NCBI GenBank assembly: GCA_031427625.1
Contig: JANPNV010000054.1
Span: forward strand, 9,110 to 73,109
Length of the DNA: 64,000 bases
DNA from: Bacteroidota bacterium
GTDB lineage: Bacteria; Bacteroidota; Bacteroidia; AKYH767-A; 2013-40CM-41-45
Direction of reading: 5' to 3'
The notes under the pieces are model-generated. The model saw only the letters and a program-made list of their open reading frames with translations. It ran no database searches and was not told the DNA's origin. The position numbers and the translations under genes are program-made. Shown here piece after piece: positions 30,170-39,817 of the stretch (position 1 is its first letter; every line of letters begins with the position of its first letter).

Positions 30170-30813
30170 TCAAAATGAAAAGAATCTTCAAATATATCAT
30201 TCCCGTTGCCGTAATTGTTCAGCTATCATCGTGTGCAAACGACGATCCGAAGAAACCGGGATATGAATACATGCCTGATATGTATCGTTCTCCTTCTTAT
30301 GAAACATATTCAGGAAATCCGGTTTTTGCTGACAGCATGACTGCGCGCCAACCGGTTGCAGGAACAATTGCAAGAGGCGATGCGACCTATAATGATTATG
30401 ATCGCTTGCCTTATACCTTTCCGAATACACCGGAAGGATATGAAGAGGCAGGATTAAAATTGCATAGTCCGATTCAAAACAATCCAGAGAATATGGCAGA
30501 GGGAAAAAGACTCTATGAAGTTTTCTGTACACACTGTCATGGTGAAACAGGAGATGGAAACGGTCTAGTCGTTCAACATAACGGTCCTAAGCCGCCTGCA
30601 TATTATTCAGATCAGTTGAAAGATCTTCCGGAAGGAAAGATGTTTCATACCATCACATGGGGAAAGAATATGATGGGATCACATGCCTCTCAGGTAACGC
30701 CAACCCAACGATGGAAAATAATTTCCTATGTTAAAACGCTCCAACACCAGGATGCTGCAGCTGCTACTACAGCGAATGCGGACTCATTAAAGGCTGGCGC
30801 GAAAAAAATGTAA
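30166..30813 (+). CDS. actE: alternative complex III subunit ActE, monoheme cytochrome c lipoprotein
   Basis: Lipobox QLSSC and a single CTHCHG heme motif. It overlaps actD by ATGA. Confidence 0.8.
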   Translation: MIKMKRIFKYIIPVAVIVQLSSCANDDPKKPGYEYMPDMYRSPSYETYSGNPVFADSMTARQPVAGTIARGDATYNDYDRLPYTFPNTPEGYEEAGLKLHSPIQNNPENMAEGKRLYEVFCTHCHGETGDGNGLVVQHNGPKPPAYYSDQLKDLPEGKMFHTITWGKNMMGSHASQVTPTQRWKIISYVKTLQHQDAAAATTANADSLKAGAKKM

Positions 30814-30827
30814 TTCAGAATCACCAA

Positions 30828-32021
30828 TTGTCACACGATAAGATGGACAGAAAATACGAGCTTACAAAAAATAACAAAGTGATTCCGGTAGTCATGATGA
30901 TAATCGGCATCGCTGCTGTAGTCACCGGTTTCATGACAGACACAACCCGCACATGGGCAAGTCTGTTGCAGAACAATTTCTATTTCACTGCAATGGCATT
31001 GTGCGGAACTTTTTTCATGGCATTTAATTATGTAGCACAGGCCGGATGGTCAGTTGCAATTAAACGAGTGCCTGAAGCCGTTGGCGGATTTTTAAAATTC
31101 GGCATGGCAGGAATGCTTCTCATCTTTATCTTCGGACAACACGATCTATATCATTGGACGCATCACGAGCTTTATGATCCTGCAAGTCCTGAATATGATC
31201 ATATTCTTGCAGGTAAATCAGGGTTTCTGAATGTGCCGTTTTATATTATCCGGATCATTGCATATGCTGCAATCTGGATTGGATTCCATCACATGCTTCG
31301 TAAACATAGTTTACTGGAAGATATTGAAGGCGGATTAACACATTACAAACGCAGTATTACATTGTCAGCGACTTTCCTTGTATTATTCGCTGTTACTTCT
31401 TCTACATCAGCATGGGATTTTCTGATGAGCATTGACGCACATTGGTTCAGTACTCTCTTCGGCTGGTACACATTTATCGGACTCTTCGTTAGCGGAATGG
31501 CAATGATCTGTCTTATTATTCTTTATTTAAAAGGCCGTGGTTATATGGATCATGTTACTGTCAACCATCTTCATGATGTTGGTAAGTTCATGTTCGCATT
31601 CTCAATCTTCTGGACATACCTTTGGTTCTCTCAGTTTATGTTAATCTGGTATGCGAATCTTCCTGAAGAAGTTGTTTATTATCAGGTAAGATGGAATCAT
31701 TTCAGAACATTATGGGTTACGAATCTGCTGGTTAATTTTATCGCTCCGTTTCTAATACTTATGACACGCGATGCAAAACGTCAGCAAAAAATTCTTTGGG
31801 TCGGTGGTATAATTATCCTTTGCGGTCACTGGCTTGATGTATTCCTGATGGTTATGCCGGGAACAGTAGGAGCTGGATGGCAGATAGGGTTTATTGAAAT
31901 CGGAACAATGATCGGTTACCTTGGATTATTCCTTCTAGTTACATTTACGGAGTTGTCAAAGGCAGCGCTCGTTCCAAAGAATCACCCGATGCTTGCAGAA
32001 TCCCTGCATCACCATATTTAA
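30828..32021 (+). CDS. actF: alternative complex III subunit ActF (NrfD-like membrane subunit)
   Basis: 397 aa polytopic membrane protein homologous in layout to ActC. Position in the operon supports the call. Confidence 0.75.
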   Translation: MSHDKMDRKYELTKNNKVIPVVMMIIGIAAVVTGFMTDTTRTWASLLQNNFYFTAMALCGTFFMAFNYVAQAGWSVAIKRVPEAVGGFLKFGMAGMLLIFIFGQHDLYHWTHHELYDPASPEYDHILAGKSGFLNVPFYIIRIIAYAAIWIGFHHMLRKHSLLEDIEGGLTHYKRSITLSATFLVLFAVTSSTSAWDFLMSIDAHWFSTLFGWYTFIGLFVSGMAMICLIILYLKGRGYMDHVTVNHLHDVGKFMFAFSIFWTYLWFSQFMLIWYANLPEEVVYYQVRWNHFRTLWVTNLLVNFIAPFLILMTRDAKRQQKILWVGGIIILCGHWLDVFLMVMPGTVGAGWQIGFIEIGTMIGYLGLFLLVTFTELSKAALVPKNHPMLAESLHHHI

Positions 32022-32061
32022 TTGATTGTATATTAATAATTGAAAAAAGAATAAACCATCC

Positions 32062-33105
32062 ATGATTAACCTGTTGACACTCATTGTTATCGTAATGGCC
32101 GTACTCACCATATGGCGATTGATAAGAGTGATGGAGCTTGTGCGCGACCTTCGGGGTGAAGAGGAACCTGTGACAGCACAGGATAATAATTACAACGGAA
32201 AACTTGCCGTCATCTTTATGATAGTCTGTTTTCTCGGAATGATTTTTTTCACCATCGACGCAAAGAAATATCTTCTTCCAATTGCTGCCAGTAAGCATGG
32301 CGTACTAACCGACAATTATTTATACCTCAATTTCGGACTAATCTCCGTGGTGTTTTTCATCACTCAGTTTTTATTGTTCTGGTATCTTTGGAAGTATCGT
32401 CACAAAAAAGGTGAGAAGGCATATTTTTATCCTGTCGATCATAAACTTGAATTTATCTGGACTGTTATTCCGTCAATTGTTTTGATGGGACTAATTGTAT
32501 ATGGATTAAAACTCTGGATGAATATTACTCAACCGGCACCAGCGGATGCAATGGTTATAGAAATTTACGGAAAGCAGTTCGACTGGACAGCACGCTTCAG
32601 CGGAGAAGATAATAAACTGGGACATTCTAATTTCAAGATGATCGCTGATGATAATCCATTAGGTGTTGATTCCCTCGACAAAAGCTCCTCTGACGATAAA
32701 ATTACCCGTGAATTACACCTACCTGTAAATTCTAAGATCATCTTTAAATTTCATTCACGCGACGTTATTCATAGTGCATACTTTCCTCACCTTCGTGCGC
32801 AAATGAATGTTGTTCCGGGCATGACGACAGAATTTTTTGTGGAACCGACTATTACCACAGACAGCATGAGGCTGATTACAAATAATCCGAAATTCGAATA
32901 TATCCTTCTGTGTAATAAGATTTGTGGTGTAGCCCACTACAACATGAATATGAAACTAGTTATTGAAAGTCAGAAAGATTTTCTAAAATGGTACAAACAG
33001 CAACCTTACGTTTTTGCACGTAATGCCGCTGTAGAACCGGCTAAGGATTCAGTAAAAACAACAGCTGCAGTAATCGAAAATACAAAGGTTATAACGCAAC
33101 GATAG
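32062..33105 (+). CDS. coxB: cytochrome c oxidase subunit II (no fused cytochrome c domain)
   Basis: Two N-terminal TM helices. CuA ligands H..C.ICG.AHYNM (HSAYFPHL..., CNKICGVAHYNMNM). No CxxCH motif. Confidence 0.85.
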   Translation: MINLLTLIVIVMAVLTIWRLIRVMELVRDLRGEEEPVTAQDNNYNGKLAVIFMIVCFLGMIFFTIDAKKYLLPIAASKHGVLTDNYLYLNFGLISVVFFITQFLLFWYLWKYRHKKGEKAYFYPVDHKLEFIWTVIPSIVLMGLIVYGLKLWMNITQPAPADAMVIEIYGKQFDWTARFSGEDNKLGHSNFKMIADDNPLGVDSLDKSSSDDKITRELHLPVNSKIIFKFHSRDVIHSAYFPHLRAQMNVVPGMTTEFFVEPTITTDSMRLITNNPKFEYILLCNKICGVAHYNMNMKLVIESQKDFLKWYKQQPYVFARNAAVEPAKDSVKTTAAVIENTKVITQR

Positions 33106-33150
33106 AACGAAGAGATTTCTTATCTTTCAGTATAAAAATTATTAAATATA

Positions 33151-34962
33151 ATGTCAACCCATTCTTCCGATCATGATGTTCATGTTTCCGAAGCTCACGA
33201 TCACCACGAGCATCACGAAACATTCTGGACAAAGTACATCTTCAGTCATGATCATAAAATGATTTCCAAGCAGTTCCTCGTAACTGCTATTCTAATGGCC
33301 GTACTTGCCATGACTATGTCCATCATTTTTCGTTTACAACTGGGATGGCCAGGCGAGAAATTTCCGATCATAGAAAAATTAATCGGTCACTGGGGAAAAG
33401 GAGGAAAACTTGATCCGAGTTTTTATCTGGCACTCGTAACAATCCATGGAACAATCATGGTATTCTTTGTTCTTACCGGTGGTTTGTCGGGCACATTCAG
33501 TAATCTTCTCATTCCTTTTCAGGTTGGCGCCCGTGATATGGCTTCCGGCTTCCTGAATATGTTATCCTACTGGTTCTTCTTTGGAAGTTGTGCAGTTATG
33601 ACTGCTTCATTGTTTGTACAATCAGGTCCTGCTTCTGCCGGATGGACAATTTATCCGCCTTTAAGCGCACTTCCACAGGCCATACCCGGATCAGGGCTAG
33701 GCATGACACTCTGGCTAGTTAGTATGGTTTTATTTATTGGTTCAGCACTTCTTGGAGGTATCAATTACGTAGTTACCATTATCAATCTACGCACAAAAGG
33801 GATGAGCATGACCCGTTTGCCATTAACAATCTGGGCATTCCTTATCACCGCTATATTGGGGATCCTATCATTCCCCGTTCTGTTTGCTGCTGCACTATTA
33901 CTTCTATTCGACCGAAGCTTCGGAACAAGCTTTTTCCTTTCCGATATCTTTATCAATGGCGCACCACTTCATTACAGCGGTGGAAGTCCGATCCTGTTCC
34001 AACACCTTTTCTGGTTCCTGGGTCACCCGGAAGTTTACATCGTTCTGCTTCCAGCTCTCGGACTTGCATCAGAGGTAATCTCGACTCAGTCTCGTAAACC
34101 AATCTTCGGATATAAAGCGATGATCGGATCAATGCTAGTTATTGCATTCCTTTCTTTTGTTGTTTGGGGTCATCATATGTTTATTACAGGAATGAATCCA
34201 TTCCTAGGATCTGTATTTGTATTTACAACACTTCTGGTAGCCATACCTTCCGCTGTTAAAGTCTTTAATTACCTCGCCACATTATGGAAGGCAAATATTG
34301 TTCTTTCTCCAGCGATGCTTTTTGCAATCGGGCTTGTTTCGTTTTTCATTTCTGGTGGATTGACAGGAATTATCCTTGGAGATTCTGCACTCGATATAAA
34401 TCTGCATGATACCTACTTCGTTGTAGCCCACTTCCATATTGTAATGGGAAGCTCAGCGATCTTTGGAATGTTTGCCGGAGTTTATCATTGGTTTCCACGG
34501 ATGTTTGGCAGAATGATGGATAAGCGAATGGGATATCTGCATTTCTGGCTTACGATTATCAGCGTTTACGGAACATTCTTCCCAATGCATTTCATTGGAT
34601 TATCAGGAGCGCCACGTCGTTATTATGCTTATACTTCTTATGAAGGATTCGATGCTGCGATTAATATAAACGTTCTCGTTTCTATGTTTGCTATTCTTGG
34701 CGGACTTGCACAGCTGATCTTCGTATTCAACTTCTTCTATAGCATGTACCGTGGAAGAAAATCAAGTCAGAATCCCTGGAAATCGAATACGCTTGAGTGG
34801 ACTGCACCTGTTGAGGGTATCCATGGAAATTGGCCTGGGGAAATTCCGGAAGTTCACCGCTGGCCATATGATTATGGCAAGCCTGGTGCTGATGATGATT
34901 TCATTCCTCAGACAACTCCTTATTCAGATACAACCAAGTCGAATTTGCCCGGCGAACAGTAA
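33151..34962 (+). CDS. ctaD: cytochrome c oxidase subunit I
   Basis: 603 aa. Heme-copper oxidase signature (GHPEVYI, HHMF, FHIVMG...) and 12+ TM helices. Confidence 0.95.
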   Translation: MSTHSSDHDVHVSEAHDHHEHHETFWTKYIFSHDHKMISKQFLVTAILMAVLAMTMSIIFRLQLGWPGEKFPIIEKLIGHWGKGGKLDPSFYLALVTIHGTIMVFFVLTGGLSGTFSNLLIPFQVGARDMASGFLNMLSYWFFFGSCAVMTASLFVQSGPASAGWTIYPPLSALPQAIPGSGLGMTLWLVSMVLFIGSALLGGINYVVTIINLRTKGMSMTRLPLTIWAFLITAILGILSFPVLFAAALLLLFDRSFGTSFFLSDIFINGAPLHYSGGSPILFQHLFWFLGHPEVYIVLLPALGLASEVISTQSRKPIFGYKAMIGSMLVIAFLSFVVWGHHMFITGMNPFLGSVFVFTTLLVAIPSAVKVFNYLATLWKANIVLSPAMLFAIGLVSFFISGGLTGIILGDSALDINLHDTYFVVAHFHIVMGSSAIFGMFAGVYHWFPRMFGRMMDKRMGYLHFWLTIISVYGTFFPMHFIGLSGAPRRYYAYTSYEGFDAAININVLVSMFAILGGLAQLIFVFNFFYSMYRGRKSSQNPWKSNTLEWTAPVEGIHGNWPGEIPEVHRWPYDYGKPGADDDFIPQTTPYSDTTKSNLPGEQ

Positions 34963-35167
34963 CTGTAGATTGATTACCTTTCCTGAAACCGTTTTATTAA
35001 TCATTCTCCTGATAAGGGAATTATGGCTCTATGCTATAGCGCTTGCATAAATCCTTAGCGCAAATTGTCTGAAACATCTTTTCTTTTATGACAGGAGATC
35101 GATTGGATCAGATTTCCTTAATTGCAGAAGACACTATTCGAAAAAGAATATTCAGAGCGAAAATAAG

Positions 35168-35647
35168 TTAATCCGAATCATCCGGACTATTCTGAGCAGC
35201 ATCACGAATTTCTGTATGTCTGATTAACCCTCCCGTATTGCCAACGTAGATCATACCAATACAGTTTAGCAAACCTGTCAAAAGAATAATTATCAATAAA
35301 GTCTTCATAGGTTTTTTCTGCCTGATGCGAACGATTAATGCAGCAAGACTTATCAGTCCTATTGCTTGAGTGAACCAAAAAACATTATCCGCAATTTCTT
35401 CATGGCTATGAATGAAATGTTCGTTTTTTTGTCCGATGGATTCAAGAACATCTTCCGCACCATCACCGCTCAATAAGGCTGGAATCGCAAACAAAGCAGC
35501 GATAATGAAAAAAACCAGACCTGTATTTTTTATGGTCTCGTTTTTAAAGATCAGCCCCATGACTATTAATAATGTGCTGAAATAGGTAACAATGATCGGG
35601 AAATGGTTGACTAGCAGATGTAAGCGTGCTGCATTCATAGGTTTCAA
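35168..35647 (-). CDS. hypothetical 4-TM membrane protein with conserved His residues
   Basis: 159 aa with four predicted helices. I recognise no motif with certainty. It lies convergent to ctaD and adjacent to the heme biosynthesis genes. Confidence 0.35.
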   Translation of the reverse strand: MKPMNAARLHLLVNHFPIIVTYFSTLLIVMGLIFKNETIKNTGLVFFIIAALFAIPALLSGDGAEDVLESIGQKNEHFIHSHEEIADNVFWFTQAIGLISLAALIVRIRQKKPMKTLLIIILLTGLLNCIGMIYVGNTGGLIRHTEIRDAAQNSPDDSD

Positions 35648-35868
35648 ATTGGAGCGTTGACGAATTTAAATGAATATTCTCAGCAAGCATAAATTATTTA
35701 CGATTTATTCGAGCCGGCAGAAACTCTAGTTAACTGCATGAAATGTAAACGCTTTGTGTTTGTAAATGAAAATGATATAATTAGTTTAATAAAACCTTCC
35801 TGACAGTACTATGACAGTGAAAAATGCTTCTTTTCGAACTTTGCAGACAGCAATAAAAAGTTTCTATT

Positions 35869-37113
35869 TTGCAGCTACTAAAGACAATTGCATTTACTTA
35901 CAGCACGACTCCGATAAAGGAGCTTAACAGGTTTTTCCTTCATGAGGAAAACCGTAAAGAGCGACTTTCTTTTTTAAGGTATTCATGCGACATCAGTGAA
36001 ATTTTATATCTCGCAACCTGCAATAGAATTGAATTTGTTTTTACGTGCAGTCACGATTGCGATAAATCTTTTTTAAAGAAATTTTTCTCCAACTTTCGTC
36101 AGGATTGGAATGAAGAGGAGATTGATTTTGCAGTAGAGCATGCCGTAGTTTTTGAAGGTGAAGAAGCTCTTAGACATATATTTCGTGTTGCATCATCGCT
36201 TGATTCTCTTGTAATCGGCGAGCGTGAAATAATAACACAAGTAAGAAAATCATATGATACTTGTAAGTCGGAAGGACTAACAGGTGATCTGCTTCGTATT
36301 GTAATAAAAAGTACGATTACTACTGCAAAACAGGTTTATACCAATACTAGAATTGCAATAAATCCTGTGTCAGTAGTCTCGCTTGCTGAAAGAGAATTAC
36401 GGACACGAAAATTGCGTACAGACTCCCGCATCGTGATGATTGGCGCAGGAGAAACAAATACAAACCTTAGCAAATATCTGATAAAGCGCGGCTTTAGAAA
36501 CTTTGCAATATTTAACCGTGGCCTTGATAATGCAAATAAATTTGCTGAAAACATTCAAACTTCCCTGGTCACTGCAAAAGCTTATCCTTTGAGCGAATTA
36601 CAAAATTATCAAGAAGGATTTGATATTTTGATTGTATGCACTTCTTCTCCTGATATTATTATTACTTCCGAAGTTTATAAAGCACTGCTTCATAAAGAGA
36701 ATAAGTCAAAAGTTGTAGTTGATTTATCAGTGCCATCAAATATCCATCATTCTGTTTTGAATGATGAAAGCACTGACCTTATTGATATTTCCAGACTTCG
36801 TACTATCGCTGAAAATAATCTTGTAGAAAGGAAGAGTGAATTTTATGCTGCTGAAGATGTGATTGAAGAAAACATCTGCCTTTTTCGCCAGATGCATCGA
36901 ACTCGCAGGATAGAAGTAAAGATGAAAGATGTACCTGAAAAGATCAGACAAATAAAAGATAGGGCGATGAATGATGTATTCGCTGAAGATATACGTGGCC
37001 TCGATGAACATTCACGCGAGGTTTTAGGAAAAGTACTGGATTACATGGAGAAAAAATGTATTTCTGTTCCAATGATTATGGCTAAGGAAATCATTTTGGA
37101 AACCAGTAATTGA
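35869..37113 (+). CDS. hemA: glutamyl-tRNA reductase
   Basis: Active-site LATCNRIEFVF and the NADPH-binding GAGE region (MIGAGETNT). The track start is a TTG, so the exact start is uncertain. Confidence 0.85.
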   Translation: MQLLKTIAFTYSTTPIKELNRFFLHEENRKERLSFLRYSCDISEILYLATCNRIEFVFTCSHDCDKSFLKKFFSNFRQDWNEEEIDFAVEHAVVFEGEEALRHIFRVASSLDSLVIGEREIITQVRKSYDTCKSEGLTGDLLRIVIKSTITTAKQVYTNTRIAINPVSVVSLAERELRTRKLRTDSRIVMIGAGETNTNLSKYLIKRGFRNFAIFNRGLDNANKFAENIQTSLVTAKAYPLSELQNYQEGFDILIVCTSSPDIIITSEVYKALLHKENKSKVVVDLSVPSNIHHSVLNDESTDLIDISRLRTIAENNLVERKSEFYAAEDVIEENICLFRQMHRTRRIEVKMKDVPEKIRQIKDRAMNDVFAEDIRGLDEHSREVLGKVLDYMEKKCISVPMIMAKEIILETSN

Positions 37114-37160
37114 AAAGCATCCGGCCTCACTTTTTCTTCCGAAGTTTTTATTTATAGCTT

Positions 37161-38741
37161 ATGCGTTCTCCGTTAATCATTGGTACAAGAGGCAGTGACC
37201 TCGCTCTCTGGCAGGCAAATTATGTGAAAGACCTTCTCAAAAATGCAGGTTATGCCTGTGAACTGAAGATAATAAAGACTCAGGGAGATATAATGCAGGA
37301 TCTCAGCCCTGATAAAATGGAGGGCAAAGGTTTTTTTACAAAAGAGATTGAAGAGGCATTGCTAAATAATGAAACGGATATCGCTGTACATTCTTTTAAA
37401 GACTTGCCCACTGAATCACCGGCCGGACTTATAATCGGAGCGGTATCAGACAGGGAAGATCCTGCAGAACTGCTTTTGATCAATCATAAGGCATACGATC
37501 CGAAACGAAAACTATTCCTCATAAAAAATGCACATGTTGGGACTTCTTCCGCAAGGAGGAAATCACAAATGCTTTCTTTTCGAAAAGACATTCGACTGAC
37601 AGACATCAGAGGGAATGTTCCAACGCGGATTCAGAAGCTAAGAGAAGAACAGTATGATGCAATCCTTATTGCAGCAGCAGGTGTCGAGAGACTAGGTCTT
37701 GATATTACCGGATTTCAAGTTCAGCGGCTGGATCCTGATTCATTTATTCCTGCACCTGCACAAGGAGTTCTCGCTATACAGGTAAGAGAAGGAGACCATC
37801 AGCTGAGAGAGTTGTTGAAGATGATTAATGTACCTCTTCAGGCGATTGTATCAGGAATCGAAAGAAAAGTTCTGAATCTCTTTCAAGGAGGCTGTCAGAC
37901 GCCTGTGGGAGTTTATGCTGTTTACAACGACGACAAAGAGATTTTTGAAGTACGCGCCTCCAAGGCAGAATCATGGGACAAGCTTCCTGTTTCTGTTTAT
38001 TCAGAATCGAAAAATCCTGAACAACTGGCTGAACGGATAGTTGAAAAAATCAGAGACATAAAACCTTGCAACGTATTCATTACCCGTCAACCTCGAAACG
38101 AAAGTTATCTTCGGTCAGTGCTTGAACAAAATTATTTTCAATTAGAAGAACGGGCATTAATTGAAATAATTCCTGTCATGTACAGAAGCGTTCCTGAGTG
38201 TGATTGGATATTTTTTTCGAGTAAACATGCTGTAAAATTTTTCTTCGATCAGGATCCACAATTAGCAACACAGAAATTTGCATGTGTAGGAAAACAAACT
38301 TCAGATGCACTTCGGAAGTATGGAAGACGGGCAGACTTTATCGGATCATCAACAGATACGAGGATGACTGGAAAACAATTCGCCTCGCTTGCGGGAAGCG
38401 CTAAAGTTCTATTTCCTCAGGCAAAAGGAAGTATGCGATCCATACAACGACAGTTTGTAAAACAGGAAAATGTTATCGAACTTATCGTGTATGAAACGCT
38501 GAAAAAGAATTTCGGTGAAACACCTCTTGCCGATATAGTTGTATTTACATCACCGTCTAATGTTGAGGCCTGGTTTGAAAATTACGGATTTCAAAAAAAT
38601 CAGAAGGCTGTAGCAATGGGTGATGCCACTGCTAATGCCTTGAGACAACATAAAATAATTGCGACAGCGCAGCCCGATACATTCGATGATACAGGATTGG
38701 CAAGGGCAGTCTTTGGTGCAAGTGGTTATAATAATGAATAA
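37161..38741 (+). CDS. hemC: bifunctional hydroxymethylbilane synthase / uroporphyrinogen-III synthase (HemC-HemD fusion)
   Basis: N-terminal IIGTRGSDLALWQANYV plus the cofactor Cys region (GGCQTPVG). A C-terminal ~230 aa HemD-like domain. Confidence 0.85.
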   Translation: MRSPLIIGTRGSDLALWQANYVKDLLKNAGYACELKIIKTQGDIMQDLSPDKMEGKGFFTKEIEEALLNNETDIAVHSFKDLPTESPAGLIIGAVSDREDPAELLLINHKAYDPKRKLFLIKNAHVGTSSARRKSQMLSFRKDIRLTDIRGNVPTRIQKLREEQYDAILIAAAGVERLGLDITGFQVQRLDPDSFIPAPAQGVLAIQVREGDHQLRELLKMINVPLQAIVSGIERKVLNLFQGGCQTPVGVYAVYNDDKEIFEVRASKAESWDKLPVSVYSESKNPEQLAERIVEKIRDIKPCNVFITRQPRNESYLRSVLEQNYFQLEERALIEIIPVMYRSVPECDWIFFSSKHAVKFFFDQDPQLATQKFACVGKQTSDALRKYGRRADFIGSSTDTRMTGKQFASLAGSAKVLFPQAKGSMRSIQRQFVKQENVIELIVYETLKKNFGETPLADIVVFTSPSNVEAWFENYGFQKNQKAVAMGDATANALRQHKIIATAQPDTFDDTGLARAVFGASGYNNE

Positions 38742-38764
38742 CAAGTAACAGTAAAATAATTTAT

Positions 38765-39736
38765 ATGATGCTTCAGCGATTACGCCGTTTAAGAAAGACG
38801 CCAATTGTCAGGGAAATGGTTGCAGAAACTCGTCTTTCGAAAGACATGTTCATATATCCATATTTTATTTCTAAGGGGAAAAATAGTATAGTTCCAATAT
38901 CAGCAATGCCTGGCATCAACAGGTTTTCACCCGACACACTATTGAAGGATGTCGAGAAAGGTCTGAAATCGGGAGTAAATAAAATACTATTGTTTGGGAC
39001 AGGAGATGAAAAATCAGATGACGGACATTCTTCTCATCAAAAAGACTCAGTCGTGGCTGAGTCAATTCGCTTGCTGAAGAAAGAGTTTACGGACGATCTT
39101 TATGTGATTACCGATGTTTGTTTATGTGCTTATACGACTCATGGACATTGTGGTATTATTCAGAATGATTATGTTCAGAACGATCTAACTGCCGATGTAC
39201 TGGCACTAATGGCTTTGGCTCATGTTGAGGCAGGAGCCGACATGGTTGCTCCAAGTGATATGATGGATGGAAGGGTTCGTGTAATTCGTGAATTGCTCGA
39301 CGCTTCGGGACAAGAGAATACCCCAATTATGTCGTATGCTACAAAATTTGCCTCTGCATACTATGGTCCTTTCCGTGAGGCTGCCGATTCTGCCCCTGGA
39401 AAGGGTGACAGGAAATCGTATCAGATGGACCTTCGTAATCATCGGGAAGCATTAAACGAGGCCTTGATTGATGAAGATGAGGGAGCTGACATTTTAATGG
39501 TTAAGCCTGCTTTGGCTTACCTGGACGTGATCCGCTCGGTGAGGGAAAATACTTTGCTTCCTGTCGCCTGTTACAATGTTTCTGGCGAATACAGTATGGT
39601 CAAATTGGCCGCTGCAGCAGGAATCCTTGATGAAGAGAAGATTGTTATGGAAAATATGCATGCATTTGCAAGGGCCGGAGCCGGGATTATCATCTCTTAT
39701 CATACTAGAGATATTTTCGAAAATCATTGGCTGTAA
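38765..39736 (+). CDS. hemB: porphobilinogen synthase (delta-aminolevulinate dehydratase)
   Basis: 323 aa with the active-site Lys region (ILMVKPALAYLDV), a Cys-rich Zn site (DVCLCAYTTHGHCG) and a PSDMMDGRV motif. Confidence 0.9.
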   Translation: MMLQRLRRLRKTPIVREMVAETRLSKDMFIYPYFISKGKNSIVPISAMPGINRFSPDTLLKDVEKGLKSGVNKILLFGTGDEKSDDGHSSHQKDSVVAESIRLLKKEFTDDLYVITDVCLCAYTTHGHCGIIQNDYVQNDLTADVLALMALAHVEAGADMVAPSDMMDGRVRVIRELLDASGQENTPIMSYATKFASAYYGPFREAADSAPGKGDRKSYQMDLRNHREALNEALIDEDEGADILMVKPALAYLDVIRSVRENTLLPVACYNVSGEYSMVKLAAAAGILDEEKIVMENMHAFARAGAGIIISYHTRDIFENHWL

Positions 39737-39817
39737 AGGAGCTTTTTGGGTTCGCAAATAAGCTGATAATTTATTTATCTTTAACAGCGAAAATTAAACC
39801 CAGCCCCGCTTACCACC

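Noticed and set aside
35648-35868. Direct repeats GACAGT...GACAGT and TTTTGCAG...TTTTGCAG upstream of hemA
   Set aside because: They are short (6-8 bp) and plausibly just a Bacteroidota -7 TAnnTTTG-like promoter element next to the TTG start. The statistical support is insufficient.
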